Positions 1-9,183 of a stretch of 64,000 nt of DNA are shown here, one piece after another (within the stretch, counting starts at the first letter, position 1; every line of letters begins with the position of its first letter). The notes under the pieces are model-generated. The model searched no databases, was not told the DNA's origin, and was given only the letters and a program-made list of their open reading frames with translations. The position numbers were made by a program, and so were the translations under genes. The stretch comes from an uncultured Stakelama sp. (GTDB lineage: Bacteria; Pseudomonadota; Alphaproteobacteria; Sphingomonadales; Sphingomonadaceae), in assembly GCA_964649315.1 (NCBI GenBank), contig CAZYOU010000002.1:1379-65378 (forward strand), written 5' to 3'.

Positions 1-136
1 CGCCTTCCAGGTCATGACGTTTCAACGCGGCCATCGACGCGACGATGGCGTGTTCCGCCAGCCCGCCCATCTGCGCGATCAGGCCGCGCAGTTCGCCGAT
101 ATCTTCGTCAAAAGCCTTCACCGTGTGATCAACCAA
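1..136 (-). CDS. phoU: Phosphate uptake regulator PhoU, 5' part only (runs off the window edge)
   Basis: My translation from TTG at 136 gives (M)VDHTVKAFDEDIGELRGLIAQMGGLAE, a typical PhoU N-terminus. It lies directly downstream of pstB. Confidence 0.85.
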   Translation of the reverse strand, partial: MVDHTVKAFDEDIGELRGLIAQMGGLAEHAIVASMAALKRHDLEG

Positions 137-159
137 CGTGTTTCTCGATCTGAAAGAGG

Positions 160-945
160 TCAGCCGTATCGGCCGGTAATGTAATCCTTGGTCCGCTCTT
201 GGCGCGGGTTCGTGAAAATGTCTGAGGTGGCACCATATTCCACCAGCGTGCCGAGATGGAAAAAGGCGGTGCGCTGCGAAACGCGCGCCGCCTGTTGCAT
301 GTTGTGCGTGACGATGACGATCGCGTAGCGGCCCTTGAGCTCGTGGATCAGCTCCTCGATCTTCGCCGTCGCGATCGGGTCGAGCGCCGAACAGGGCTCG
401 TCCATCAGGATGACTTCGGGGTCGACCGCGATGGCGCGGGCGATGCACAGCCGCTGTTGCTGGCCACCTGAAAGCGCGGTGCCGCTGTCGGTCAGCCGAT
501 CCTTCACTTCATCCCACAGGCCGGCACGGCGCAGCGATTGCTCCACCGCCACGTCAAGCTGCGCCTTGGTGGAGGCAAGGCCGTGGATGCGCGGGCCATA
601 AGCCACGTTTTCATAGATCGATTTGGGGAATGGATTGGGTTTCTGGAACACCATGCCGACGCGCGCGCGCAGCTGCACCACGTCCATCTCGGCGGCATAG
701 ATATCTTCGCCATCTAGCCGGATATCGCCCTCGGTCCGCGCGATCGGAATCGTATCGTTCATGCGGTTCAGGGTACGCAGAAACGTTGATTTGCCACAGC
801 CGGACGGGCCGATCAGCGAGGTGACATGATCCATATCGACATCAAGTGAGACGTTATCGATCGCCTGCTTGGTGCCGTAATGCACGTTGACGTTCTTTGC
901 CGTCATCTTGGGCGCGCGCGGGGTGGGGATGATGGGGGCGTTCAT
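160..945 (-). CDS. pstB: Phosphate ABC transporter ATPase
   Basis: Walker [37 protein letters not shown]. Confidence 0.97.
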   Translation of the reverse strand: MNAPIIPTPRAPKMTAKNVNVHYGTKQAIDNVSLDVDMDHVTSLIGPSGCGKSTFLRTLNRMNDTIPIARTEGDIRLDGEDIYAAEMDVVQLRARVGMVFQKPNPFPKSIYENVAYGPRIHGLASTKAQLDVAVEQSLRRAGLWDEVKDRLTDSGTALSGGQQQRLCIARAIAVDPEVILMDEPCSALDPIATAKIEELIHELKGRYAIVIVTHNMQQAARVSQRTAFFHLGTLVEYGATSDIFTNPRQERTKDYITGRYG

Positions 946-2225
946 TACCAGCGGGTCTCGAATTTGTTGCGGAGGTAGATGGCGACCCCGTTCATCGCGA
1001 GCAGGAATACGAGCAGCACGATGATCGCCGCGCTGGTTTTCTCGACAAAGCCACGGCTGACTTCATCCGACCAGAGGAAGATTTGCACCGGCAGCACGGT
1101 TGCCGGATCGGTCAACCGCTCGGGCGGACTGGCGATGAAAGCGCGCATGCCAATCATCAGCAGCGGCGCGGTTTCGCCCAGCGCGCGGGCCATGCCGATG
1201 ATCGTACCCGTCAGGATGCCGGGGAGCGCGAGCGGCAGGACGTGATGGAACACCACCTGGATCGGACTCGCGCCGACGCCTAGGGCCGCATCGCGGATTG
1301 ATGGCGGGACGGATTTGATCGCATTCCGCCCGGCGATGACGATCACCGGCATCGTCATCAGCGCAAGCGTCAGCCCGCCGACGATCGATGCCGACCGTGG
1401 CAGATGGAACGTGTTGAGGAATACCGCCAATCCCAGCAGCCCGAAGATGATTGAGGGCACGGCCGCAAGGTTGTTGATCGACACCTCGATCAGATCGGTC
1501 CAGCGGTTTCGCGGGGCATATTCTTCGAGGTACAGCGCCGCGAGCACGCCTATTGGAAACGCCAGGCTGAGCGTGACGAGCATCGTGAACAGCGATCCCT
1601 TCAGCGCGCCCCAGATGCCGACCATTGTCGGGTCGGTCGCGTCCGATTCGGTCAGGAACGGCCAGTTGAAGGCGATATGGAGCTGCCCGGCTGCCTTTAG
1701 CCGCGCAACCATTGCCTCTGCCTCGGGAGAGCCGGTGCCCTTGGCAGCGATATCGAGCTCTGTCGCGGCGGGCACGCTCACCATTGCCTTGCCGCGCAGC
1801 AAGGCGGGGTTCGCCTTCAACTGGTCCCGAACCCGCAGCCATGCCCCGTCGGACAGCAACGCTTCGCCACCCGGGCCGAACGCCGCGACGGCGGCGCGAG
1901 TCGTTGCATCGGAAAGGCCAGCGCCGGCAAGGGCGAGATCGGCCCCTTCGCCCTGCAAACGCGCAGGATCGATCGTCAGGCCAGCACGGGGAAAATCGAC
2001 GGGCAGGGTGATTTCTGTCTGGGTGAAGCCCTGCAAGCCATTGGCAAGCATCGTAATCAGCAGGAAGGCGAGGAACCCGGCGGACATCACCACCGCCCCC
2101 AAGCCGAACAATCGGAACCGGCGTTCGGCGGCATAGCGGCGGCGCGTGCGGCGCTGCATCGCGCCCGCGCGCCAATCGGTCGGCGCACGCTCCGGCTGGC
2201 GCTGGGGGGAGGGCGCGTCAGTCAT
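945..2225 (-). CDS. pstA: Phosphate ABC transporter permease PstA
   Basis: [15 protein letters not shown] and RALGETAPL motifs; pst operon context. Confidence 0.95.
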   Translation of the reverse strand: MTDAPSPQRQPERAPTDWRAGAMQRRTRRRYAAERRFRLFGLGAVVMSAGFLAFLLITMLANGLQGFTQTEITLPVDFPRAGLTIDPARLQGEGADLALAGAGLSDATTRAAVAAFGPGGEALLSDGAWLRVRDQLKANPALLRGKAMVSVPAATELDIAAKGTGSPEAEAMVARLKAAGQLHIAFNWPFLTESDATDPTMVGIWGALKGSLFTMLVTLSLAFPIGVLAALYLEEYAPRNRWTDLIEVSINNLAAVPSIIFGLLGLAVFLNTFHLPRSASIVGGLTLALMTMPVIVIAGRNAIKSVPPSIRDAALGVGASPIQVVFHHVLPLALPGILTGTIIGMARALGETAPLLMIGMRAFIASPPERLTDPATVLPVQIFLWSDEVSRGFVEKTSAAIIVLLVFLLAMNGVAIYLRNKFETRW

Positions 2226-3594
2226 AAGCTTCCCGATAGCGTTTCACGACCGTCAGCGCGACGATGTTGAGCAGCAGCGTGATGACGAACAGGGTAAGGC
2301 CCAGCGCAAAGGCGGCAAGCGTCTTGGGGCTGTCGAACTCCGCTTCGCCGGTCAACAGATCGACGATCTGTTTGGTGACGGTGGTCGCGCTGGCGAGCGG
2401 GTTGAGCGTCAGCGTGGCGATGCCCGATGCGGCCATCACCACGATCATCGTTTCACCGATTGCCCGGCTGATCGCGAGCAACACGCCACCAACGACGCCG
2501 GGCAGCGCGGCAGGCAGAAGCACGCGGCGGATCGTCTCCGACGTTGTCGCGCCCATCGCCAGCGATCCGTCGCGCATCGATGCGGGTACTGCGGCGATTG
2601 AATCATCGGCCATTGATGACACAAACGGGATGATCATCACCCCCATTACCAGCCCGGCGGCGAGCGCGCTTTCGGAGCTTGCCCAGGTGATGCCGACCGA
2701 AACGGCGATATCCCGCACGGCTGGGGCAACGGTCAGCGCCGCAAAATACCCATAAACGACCGTCGGGACGCCCGCGAGCACCTCAAGGATCGGTTTCATC
2801 CAGCGGCGGACGCCGGGCGCGGCATATTGCGTCAGGTAAATCGCGCTCATCAGCCCGAACGGGATGGCGACGATCATCGCGATCACCGCGCCGATGAAGA
2901 AGGTGCCCCAGAACAGCGGCACCGCGCCGAGCGACGCACCGGGATCGCGAGCGTCGATCACCTGCGGGCTCCAATGCGTACCGGTCAGGAAATCGAGCAC
3001 CGGCACCATCTGGAAGAAGCGATAGGATTCGAATAGCAGCGAGCCGACGATCCCCGCCGTCGTAAGGATTGCGATCAGCGACGCGGCGAGCAGCAGCAGC
3101 ATTACCACTCGCTCGATCCGCGTCCGCGCACGGAAATCGGGGGTCAGCCGGGTATAGGCATAGGCGCCGCACGAAATCGCCAGCAACAGTGCCAGCGTCG
3201 ATCCCATCCAGTTATAGCGCGACTGGGCGGTAGCATAGGCGGGGGCCAGCGTCTGCGCGAGGGGGTTTGCGCTGGCTACCTGGCGGCCCTGCCCGATTGA
3301 TCGCGCCTCGCTGAGTACCGCCGCCCGTTCAAAACCGCGTGGCGGCAATTGCGCGGCGGCGGGCGATTGCAGGACGGTGTTGGTGACCATTGCGGGCGTG
3401 ATGACCAGCCATGTGGTGATGAAAAGCAGCGCCGGAATGACCATCCACATCGCGACATAAGTGCCGTGGTGCGACGGCAGCGAGCTGAAGCGCCGAGTCG
3501 ATCCGCGGCGAAATCCAACGGCGCGAACGCGCGCAGTGAGCCAGCCGATCAAGCCCAGACCGGCAATCAGAAAAAGGAGTAGCAAAATCGACAA
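2218..3594 (-). CDS. pstC: Phosphate ABC transporter permease PstC
   Basis: ILEVLAGVPTVVYG and RAIGETMIV motifs; TTG start; operon context. Confidence 0.95.
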   Translation of the reverse strand: MSILLLLFLIAGLGLIGWLTARVRAVGFRRGSTRRFSSLPSHHGTYVAMWMVIPALLFITTWLVITPAMVTNTVLQSPAAAQLPPRGFERAAVLSEARSIGQGRQVASANPLAQTLAPAYATAQSRYNWMGSTLALLLAISCGAYAYTRLTPDFRARTRIERVVMLLLLAASLIAILTTAGIVGSLLFESYRFFQMVPVLDFLTGTHWSPQVIDARDPGASLGAVPLFWGTFFIGAVIAMIVAIPFGLMSAIYLTQYAAPGVRRWMKPILEVLAGVPTVVYGYFAALTVAPAVRDIAVSVGITWASSESALAAGLVMGVMIIPFVSSMADDSIAAVPASMRDGSLAMGATTSETIRRVLLPAALPGVVGGVLLAISRAIGETMIVVMAASGIATLTLNPLASATTVTKQIVDLLTGEAEFDSPKTLAAFALGLTLFVITLLLNIVALTVVKRYREAYD

Positions 3595-3680
3595 AGGAAA
3601 TGTTCTTCAACTCTTCGGTTATCTGGGCGGAGGATCGGGGCAGTGCGGATGCGCGCCCCGATCCCGCAGGTTGGCATTCT

Positions 3681-4730
3681 TCAGTTCAGGGCACGTGCTT
3701 CCAGCGTGGTGCCGTTCTTGATGACTTCGGCAGAGGCATCACGCACTGCTTGTGGCGCGGCAATCAATCCGCGCTTCACCAGTGGTCCGCTTGCATCCCA
3801 TGATGCGGCATAGGCATCCAGAAACTTGGGCAGCCCCGGAATGGCCGTCAGATGCGCCTTCTTCACGTAGATCAGCAGCGGGCGTGCACCCGGGTAGGTG
3901 CCGCTCGTGATCGTTTCATAGGTCGGCGCGACGCCGTTGACCGGAACACCAACCAGATTGGCCTTGTTTTCCTCGAGGTAGCTGTAGCCGAAAATGCCGA
4001 CGGCATTTGGGTTCGACTGGAGCTTCTGGACGATCAGATTGTCATTCTCACCGGCATCGACATAAGGGCCATCGTCGCGCACCCGGGTGCAGGCATTGGC
4101 ATAATCATCGGGCTTTTTGTCCTTCAGCTTGACGCTATCGGGATAGATCGCTGCACAGCCGCGCGCCAGAATCAGCTCGGCAAGCGCATCGCGCGTGCCG
4201 CTAGTTGATGGCGGGCCATAGACCTGGATCGGAATCGCGGGCAGCGCCGGGTTCACCTCTTTCCAGGTTTTCGCGGTGTTCGGCTTGCCCTTGGGATTGG
4301 CGGCGAGTGCCAGATAAACGTCAACCGGCGTCAGCGTGAGCTTCGGCCCGTCCTTGGCCTCGGCAAAGGCGATCCCGTCAAGGCCGACCTGGATTTCCAT
4401 GATCCGGTCAACGCCATTTTCAACGCAGCTGTTGAATTCCGACAGCTTCATTCGGCGCGACGCATTGGCGATGTCGGGATGCTGCGCGCCAACGCCGGCG
4501 CAGAACAGCTTCATGCCCGCACCCGTGCCGGTCGATTCGATCACCGGCGCTTTCATGCCCGGATTCTGATTGACGAACTGCTCCGCAACCAATGTGGTAA
4601 ACGGATAAACCGTTGATGATCCAACGACCTTGATCTGGTCGCGCGAGCCCGCGCCACCCCCATTGGCCTGATCGTCGCACGCACTCAGCCCGAGCACGGT
4701 AGCCGCCAAAATTGCGAAATGACGTCGCAT
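3681..4730 (-). CDS. pstS: Phosphate-binding lipoprotein PstS
   Basis: Lipobox LGLSAC, GSSTVYPF, GTGAG, SGTRD; strong RBS (GGAGGG). Confidence 0.93.
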   Translation of the reverse strand: MRRHFAILAATVLGLSACDDQANGGGAGSRDQIKVVGSSTVYPFTTLVAEQFVNQNPGMKAPVIESTGTGAGMKLFCAGVGAQHPDIANASRRMKLSEFNSCVENGVDRIMEIQVGLDGIAFAEAKDGPKLTLTPVDVYLALAANPKGKPNTAKTWKEVNPALPAIPIQVYGPPSTSGTRDALAELILARGCAAIYPDSVKLKDKKPDDYANACTRVRDDGPYVDAGENDNLIVQKLQSNPNAVGIFGYSYLEENKANLVGVPVNGVAPTYETITSGTYPGARPLLIYVKKAHLTAIPGLPKFLDAYAASWDASGPLVKRGLIAAPQAVRDASAEVIKNGTTLEARALN

Positions 4731-4769
4731 CGAATCCCTCCTTGCAGGAATGTCCCCGCAGCGCCGCTA

Positions 4770-6056
4770 TCACTCGGAACGGGCTGCCTGTGTGACGGTG
4801 ACGTTACCGTTTGATGACGGTGCCTCCCGGTGGGTCGCAATCGCGGGGCTGGCGGGCAGCAGAATCGATGCCGTTGTGCCCTTGCCGACCACGCTGGTGA
4901 TATCGAGCCGCCCCCGATGCCGCTCGACGATATGCTTCACGATCGCGAGCCCAAGCCCGGTGCCGCCCAGCGACCGGCTACGTCCGGCATCGACTCGGTA
5001 AAATCGCTCGGTCAGGCGGGGCAGATGCTCAGGCGCGATGCCTTCGCCCTCATCGGTCACGCTGATCCGGACCATGCCCGTCTGATCTTTCCACAGACGC
5101 GAGGTAACCGGCGTGCCGCGCTTGCCATATTTCATCGCATTGCCGATCAGATTGTGGAGCACTTGCGACAGCTGCGCCCGGTCCCCGATCACATTCGGCA
5201 CCCCCGCCTCGATATCCGTGACAAGATCTTCGCCGCGATGATCATGGGTATCGGCGAGCTCGGCGTGCACTTCCTCCATCAACTGGTGCAGATCGACCTC
5301 AGTTGCTGGCACGCGGTATTTTTCCGCCTCGATGCGGCTGAGCGAGATCAGATCCTCCACCAGCCGCTGCATCCGCCGGGCTTCGTCGAACATCACCTTC
5401 AAGAACCGCGCGCGTACCTCGGCATCGGCGCCCGCCTTGTCGTCGCTCAACGTCTCGACAAAGCCAAGGATCGATGCGAGCGGGGTGCGGAGTTCGTGGC
5501 TGGCATTGGCGACGAAATCGACTCGCATCCGCTCGGCCGCATAGCTACCGGTCTGGTCGATCAGATGGACGACGCGGCGGCCATCGGTCATCGTCGTCAC
5601 CCGCATTTCCCAGCGCTGGTCAAGCGTGCCAAGACCGACAAGGTTGATCGGGCCATTCGACATCGCCCGCATATTGGTCAGTCGTTCGGCGGCAGCCGGG
5701 TGGCGAATCGCGAGCCGCACATCCTCGCCAATGATATGCCCACCGAGCAGCGCGCGCGCGGGCAGGTTGGCGTGCGCCACGCGCCCCTCTGCCACGATCA
5801 GGATGGGCTCGACGATCGCCTCGATCATCTCGTCGACATTGACCGGGGCCGCGCGCCGATCGGCCGGGGTTTCGATTGGCGGCGGCGCTTCGACGGCGTG
5901 GTCGCCAGTGCCTGCCGCAATCAGCACCGCAGCAACCCCGCCGACCAGCACGATCAGCCCACCTTGCAGACTCTCGACAATCAACGCGATCGCCATCGCG
6001 GCGATGACAATGACGGCGATGGCGGTGAGCGTACGAAGGCCGAATGTATCGAGCAT
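4770..6056 (-). CDS. phoR: PhoR-like sensor histidine kinase
   Basis: DFVANASHELRTPL H-box, N box NLIGNAMKY, G boxes DEGEGI and GTGLGL. Start reassigned to ATG 6056 (MLDTF...), just before the TM segments. Confidence 0.9.
   Translation of the reverse strand: MLDTFGLRTLTAIAVIVIAAMAIALIVESLQGGLIVLVGGVAAVLIAAGTGDHAVEAPPPIETPADRRAAPVNVDEMIEAIVEPILIVAEGRVAHANLPARALLGGHIIGEDVRLAIRHPAAAERLTNMRAMSNGPINLVGLGTLDQRWEMRVTTMTDGRRVVHLIDQTGSYAAERMRVDFVANASHELRTPLASILGFVETLSDDKAGADAEVRARFLKVMFDEARRMQRLVEDLISLSRIEAEKYRVPATEVDLHQLMEEVHAELADTHDHRGEDLVTDIEAGVPNVIGDRAQLSQVLHNLIGNAMKYGKRGTPVTSRLWKDQTGMVRISVTDEGEGIAPEHLPRLTERFYRVDAGRSRSLGGTGLGLAIVKHIVERHRGRLDITSVVGKGTTASILLPASPAIATHREAPSSNGNVTVTQAARSE
4792..4820 (-). 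promoter_or_regulatory. Pho box: three 11-bp-phased PhoB half-sites upstream of pstS, inside the phoR 3' end
   Basis: Minus strand reads CCGTCATcaaa CGGTAACgtca CCGTCAC, compared with the consensus CTGTCAT-N4 direct repeats; about 60-90 bp upstream of the pstS start. Confidence 0.75.
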
Positions 6057-6225
6057 GACCGTCCAATAGCGCAATCGACATCGTCCTGCGAGGCCGGACG
6101 CTGCGCCCAATACGTTGGCAATGATGGTTACCCGCCTTGCGCGCGATTTATGATTGTGAAAGGGGCGAGGGTGCATGCAGGATCGCAAGGCAAGGCCTGT
6201 ACGAGGCCCGGATGATGGAACGGCG

Positions 6226-6645
6226 ATGAGCGACGACTGCCCACCGGACGATAGCCCCGACGATATCGCTGCTTCACCTCCGCAGCCCAGTCGCCGCTCG
6301 CTGATGCTGGGGGCGGCCGGTGCGACAGCGATCCTCTCGATCCGCCCGGCGCTGGCGCAAACCGCTGCGTCGGTGCTGACCTGTGAGATTCCCGTGCCCG
6401 ATCCGGCGCGGTCGGGCAGCTACATCGCCGCGAACGGCACGTTGGTGCCGGCTGGCACGCCCGGGGCTTTCCCGCCCGCGCGCACACCGTTCAAGGGCGA
6501 GGATGTCCGCCGCGCGCTCGCAGGTGGGCGGCTGCCCGGGATGGATAGCGAGCGGACCCGCGCCTACCTTCAATACATCCGGCGCCTGCAATCGGGCACC
6601 AGCGGCTTTACCTGCTTTGCATCGCTGCAGATGCCACGCGGCTGA
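6226..6645 (+). CDS. Twin-arginine-signal orphan protein; candidate substrate or precursor of the adjacent PqqD/kinase/NTase operon
   Basis: SRRSLMLG followed by a hydrophobic stretch ending ALA; C-terminal SGTSGFTCFASL; first gene of a tightly packed operon. Start uncertain (6175 or 6226). Confidence 0.7.
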   Translation: MSDDCPPDDSPDDIAASPPQPSRRSLMLGAAGATAILSIRPALAQTAASVLTCEIPVPDPARSGSYIAANGTLVPAGTPGAFPPARTPFKGEDVRRALAGGRLPGMDSERTRAYLQYIRRLQSGTSGFTCFASLQMPRG

Positions 6646-6650
6646 GCGCC

Positions 6651-6932
6651 GTGGATGCTCTCCGTTATCGGTCAATGGCGGCGGCGACATTGCGCGTACT
6701 GGCGCTGGATGATCTGACACTCGTCTATCACCGCGCATCGGGAATCACGCATCTGCTCGCCCCGCCCGCGCCCGAAATTCTCGATGCACTTGCTGCCGAA
6801 CCGCTGACCAGCGCCGCATTGCTCGCGCGGTTGAGCGACGAATTCGATCTGGGCGATGCCGATCCGCAGGCACTTGCCCATCGGCTCGACGAACTGGTCG
6901 CTGCCGGTTTGGTCGAAATGATCGCAGCATGA
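6651..6932 (+). CDS. PqqD/RRE-family peptide chaperone ('HPr-rel-A system' type)
   Basis: 93 aa; beta-strand block LVYHRASGITHLL followed by a helical block ending LDELVAAGLV, the RRE layout; ATGA overlap with the kinase. Confidence 0.8.
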   Translation: MDALRYRSMAAATLRVLALDDLTLVYHRASGITHLLAPPAPEILDALAAEPLTSAALLARLSDEFDLGDADPQALAHRLDELVAAGLVEMIAA

Positions 6933-7789
6933 GGCATGTTCACCAGCTAAAGATCGGCCCGGTCGGTTTCCGGATCGGATCGGACTGGCAACGACCGATC
7001 GATCAGCTGCGCGATCTCTATACCGATTACCCCGGCCCGGATGATTGCGTTCCAGATTTCACCGTCCGGCTGTTCGCGGCGCGGCCGTGGCGGCGGTTCA
7101 TCCGCCCGTCGGTGATGATCGGGGGGGATTTCGTTCTGCCCGAAGCCGCCCCGCTGCCGCTCGCGCAGGGCTTGTTAGCGGCGGAAATGGGGATGAACCT
7201 GCAAATGGCGCTCGGCCAGCGGCGCTATCTGCTGCTCCATGCCTCGGTCGTCGAGCGCGACGGCCGGGCGTTGTTGATGACCGGCGAATCCGGGGCGGGC
7301 AAATCGACGCTGGCGGCAATGCTCGCCGCACGGGGCTGGCGGCTGATGGGCGATGAATTCGCGCTGGTCGATCCAGCGACTGGCTTGGTTCATGCTTTTC
7401 CCCGGCTGATCAGCCTGAAGAACGCGGCGATTGGCGTGATGGAAATGGCGCTGCCGGACGCCCGGTTCGGGCCGTTGCTCGCGGGGACGCCCAAGGGTGA
7501 CATCCGCCACCTGGTACCCGATGCCCGCGCGATCGCCGCGATGGACCAGCCGGCGCGCCCGGCATTGCTGCTGTTCCCGCGCTATGGCTTTGAGGCGGCG
7601 ACGCGTCCGGTCGGCCAGGGCGAGGTGTTCGTGCGGCTGACTCAGGCGTCGACCAATTATGTCGCGATGGGTGAGCGTGGGTTTGATGCGCTGTCGGGGC
7701 TTGTCGCCGCCGTGCCTAGCTGGGCGGTCGATTACCCTGATACCGATTCGGCGATTGACCAGGTCGAGACGTTATGGAGCGCGCTGTGA
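6929..7789 (+). CDS. HprK-related kinase A
   Basis: LLHASVVE..GRALLMTGESGAGKST (Walker A) and LMGDEF, typical of HPr-kinase-like enzymes; adjacent to a PqqD gene. Confidence 0.85.
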   Translation: MRHVHQLKIGPVGFRIGSDWQRPIDQLRDLYTDYPGPDDCVPDFTVRLFAARPWRRFIRPSVMIGGDFVLPEAAPLPLAQGLLAAEMGMNLQMALGQRRYLLLHASVVERDGRALLMTGESGAGKSTLAAMLAARGWRLMGDEFALVDPATGLVHAFPRLISLKNAAIGVMEMALPDARFGPLLAGTPKGDIRHLVPDARAIAAMDQPARPALLLFPRYGFEAATRPVGQGEVFVRLTQASTNYVAMGERGFDALSGLVAAVPSWAVDYPDTDSAIDQVETLWSAL

Positions 7790-8814
7790 CGCGCCGGGCC
7801 GACGGATGGTTGCTCGCCGGCGTGCTGCGCGATCCAGCAAGCAGCGCGGCGCTCGACGCGGACGGATGGACCGCGCTGCTTGCCATTGCCCGTGCGGAGC
7901 AATTGATCGGCTCGCTCGCGCACCGGCTTGATGGGCTGCCCCTGCCTGATGCCGCGGCGCGTATCCTTAGCGATGCCCGTGCATCCGCCGAACAAGGCCG
8001 CGTGGCGGCGCTTTGGGAGGCGGAGATGGCGCGCCGCATCCTAACGCCCCTCGACTGCCCGGTCGTGCTGCTGAAGGGCACCGCGTTCGTCGCGGCGGGG
8101 CTGGCGGCAGGGCAGGGGCGATCGATCGGTGATCTCGACATATTGGTGCCGCGCGGCACGCTGGATGATGTCGAGGCGGCGCTGATCGCAGGCGGCTGGG
8201 AATGGGTGAAGCCCGATCCGTATGACGACGCTTATTATCGCCGCTGGATGCACGAGCTGCCCCCGCTGATCCACCGTGACCGCGATCGGATGATCGATGT
8301 GCACCACACCATCCTGCCGCTCACCGCGCGGATCACGCCCGATCCAGCGGCGATCATCGCCGACAGCACGGTGCTCCAAAATGGCCTGCGCCTGCCGAGC
8401 GTGCCCGATATGCTGGTTCATGCCGCCGCCCACCTGTTCGCCGATGGCGATCTGGCCGGGGGGATGCGCAATCTGTGGGATGTGCACCGGCTGATCGAGG
8501 AATTCGGGCTGGAAGGGGTGGCGGCGCGTGCGGCGCATCACGGTCTGTCGGCTGAGATGGCGCGCGCCGTCCGACTTTCGGCGGCGCTGTACGCCAGGGA
8601 TGTCACCGATACGCGTGACAAGCTGACATTGATCGACCGGCTGTACCTGCGACGGCTGACCGCGCGGGATGAATGGGGCCGCGCGGTGCGCCCGGTAACG
8701 CGATTGGCCTTTTACATTCGCTCGCATGTATTGCGGATGCCGCCGCTCATGCTTGCCCGCCATTTATGGACGAAATGGCGGGGCGGTGGACCGAAAAACA
8801 ACGTGCTGCGCTGA
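7786..8814 (+). CDS. Nucleotidyltransferase family protein (NTP_transf_5-like)
   Basis: VLLKG...GR.IGDLDILV (DxD, Pol-beta-like) and IDVHH; GTG 7786 overlaps the kinase TGA (GTGA). Confidence 0.8.
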   Translation: MTRRADGWLLAGVLRDPASSAALDADGWTALLAIARAEQLIGSLAHRLDGLPLPDAAARILSDARASAEQGRVAALWEAEMARRILTPLDCPVVLLKGTAFVAAGLAAGQGRSIGDLDILVPRGTLDDVEAALIAGGWEWVKPDPYDDAYYRRWMHELPPLIHRDRDRMIDVHHTILPLTARITPDPAAIIADSTVLQNGLRLPSVPDMLVHAAAHLFADGDLAGGMRNLWDVHRLIEEFGLEGVAARAAHHGLSAEMARAVRLSAALYARDVTDTRDKLTLIDRLYLRRLTARDEWGRAVRPVTRLAFYIRSHVLRMPPLMLARHLWTKWRGGGPKNNVLR

Positions 8815-8817
8815 TGC

Positions 8818-8846
8818 TTGCGCGGGCGGATTGTGCTCGGTATAGG
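8818..8846 (+). promoter_or_regulatory. Sigma70-type promoter for tRNA-Pro
   Basis: TTGCGC-N17-TATAGG followed by a GC-rich discriminator. Confidence 0.55.
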
Positions 8847-8898
8847 CGCGCTTCCAAGCTTATCGCGACCGGCTGCCATGCAGCGCGCCGCACTCCGT

Positions 8899-8975
8899 CG
8901 GGGAGTAGCTCAGCCTGGTAGAGCACTGCCTTCGGGAGGCAGGGGCCGGAGGTTCGAATCCTCTCTTCCCGACCA
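8899..8975 (+). tRNA. tRNA-Pro (anticodon CGG)
   Basis: Acceptor stem CGGGGAG/CTTCCCG, anticodon stem CTGCC/GGCAG with loop TTCGGGA, T-loop GGTTCGAATCC, encoded CCA. Confidence 0.97.
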
Positions 8976-9137
8976 CTCTCAACCCGAACTTTTGACGTTG
9001 TAGCATCCGCGGCAGGCAGAGCTTTTTGCTGTGTCGCGCTCATCTTTGCTCAGCACCCCCACAGGCTCGGCGATCACCGTGCCTCGGATTATCGAAGCAA
9101 CATAAGGCTCACCATCCTCACATTTACATCTAAATAC

Positions 9138-9162
9138 GCTAATGAGAATCATTGTCATTAGC
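9138..9162 (+). promoter_or_regulatory. Fur-type iron box (25-bp near-perfect palindrome)
   Basis: GCTAATGAGAATCATTGTCATTAGC; the first 19 nt match GATAATGATAATCATTATC at 16/19; immediately upstream of a TonB receptor. Confidence 0.8.
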
Positions 9163-9183
9163 GACCATGCGCGCTAGCCACAT

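Noticed and set aside
6226-8814. Lasso peptide gene cluster
   Set aside because: No lasso cyclase, no B2 peptidase and no short precursor with a Thr(-2)/Gly-Asp/Glu ring pattern.
8899-9100. tRNA-Pro as an island integration site
   Set aside because: No integrase and no duplicated tRNA 3' end were seen in the window.
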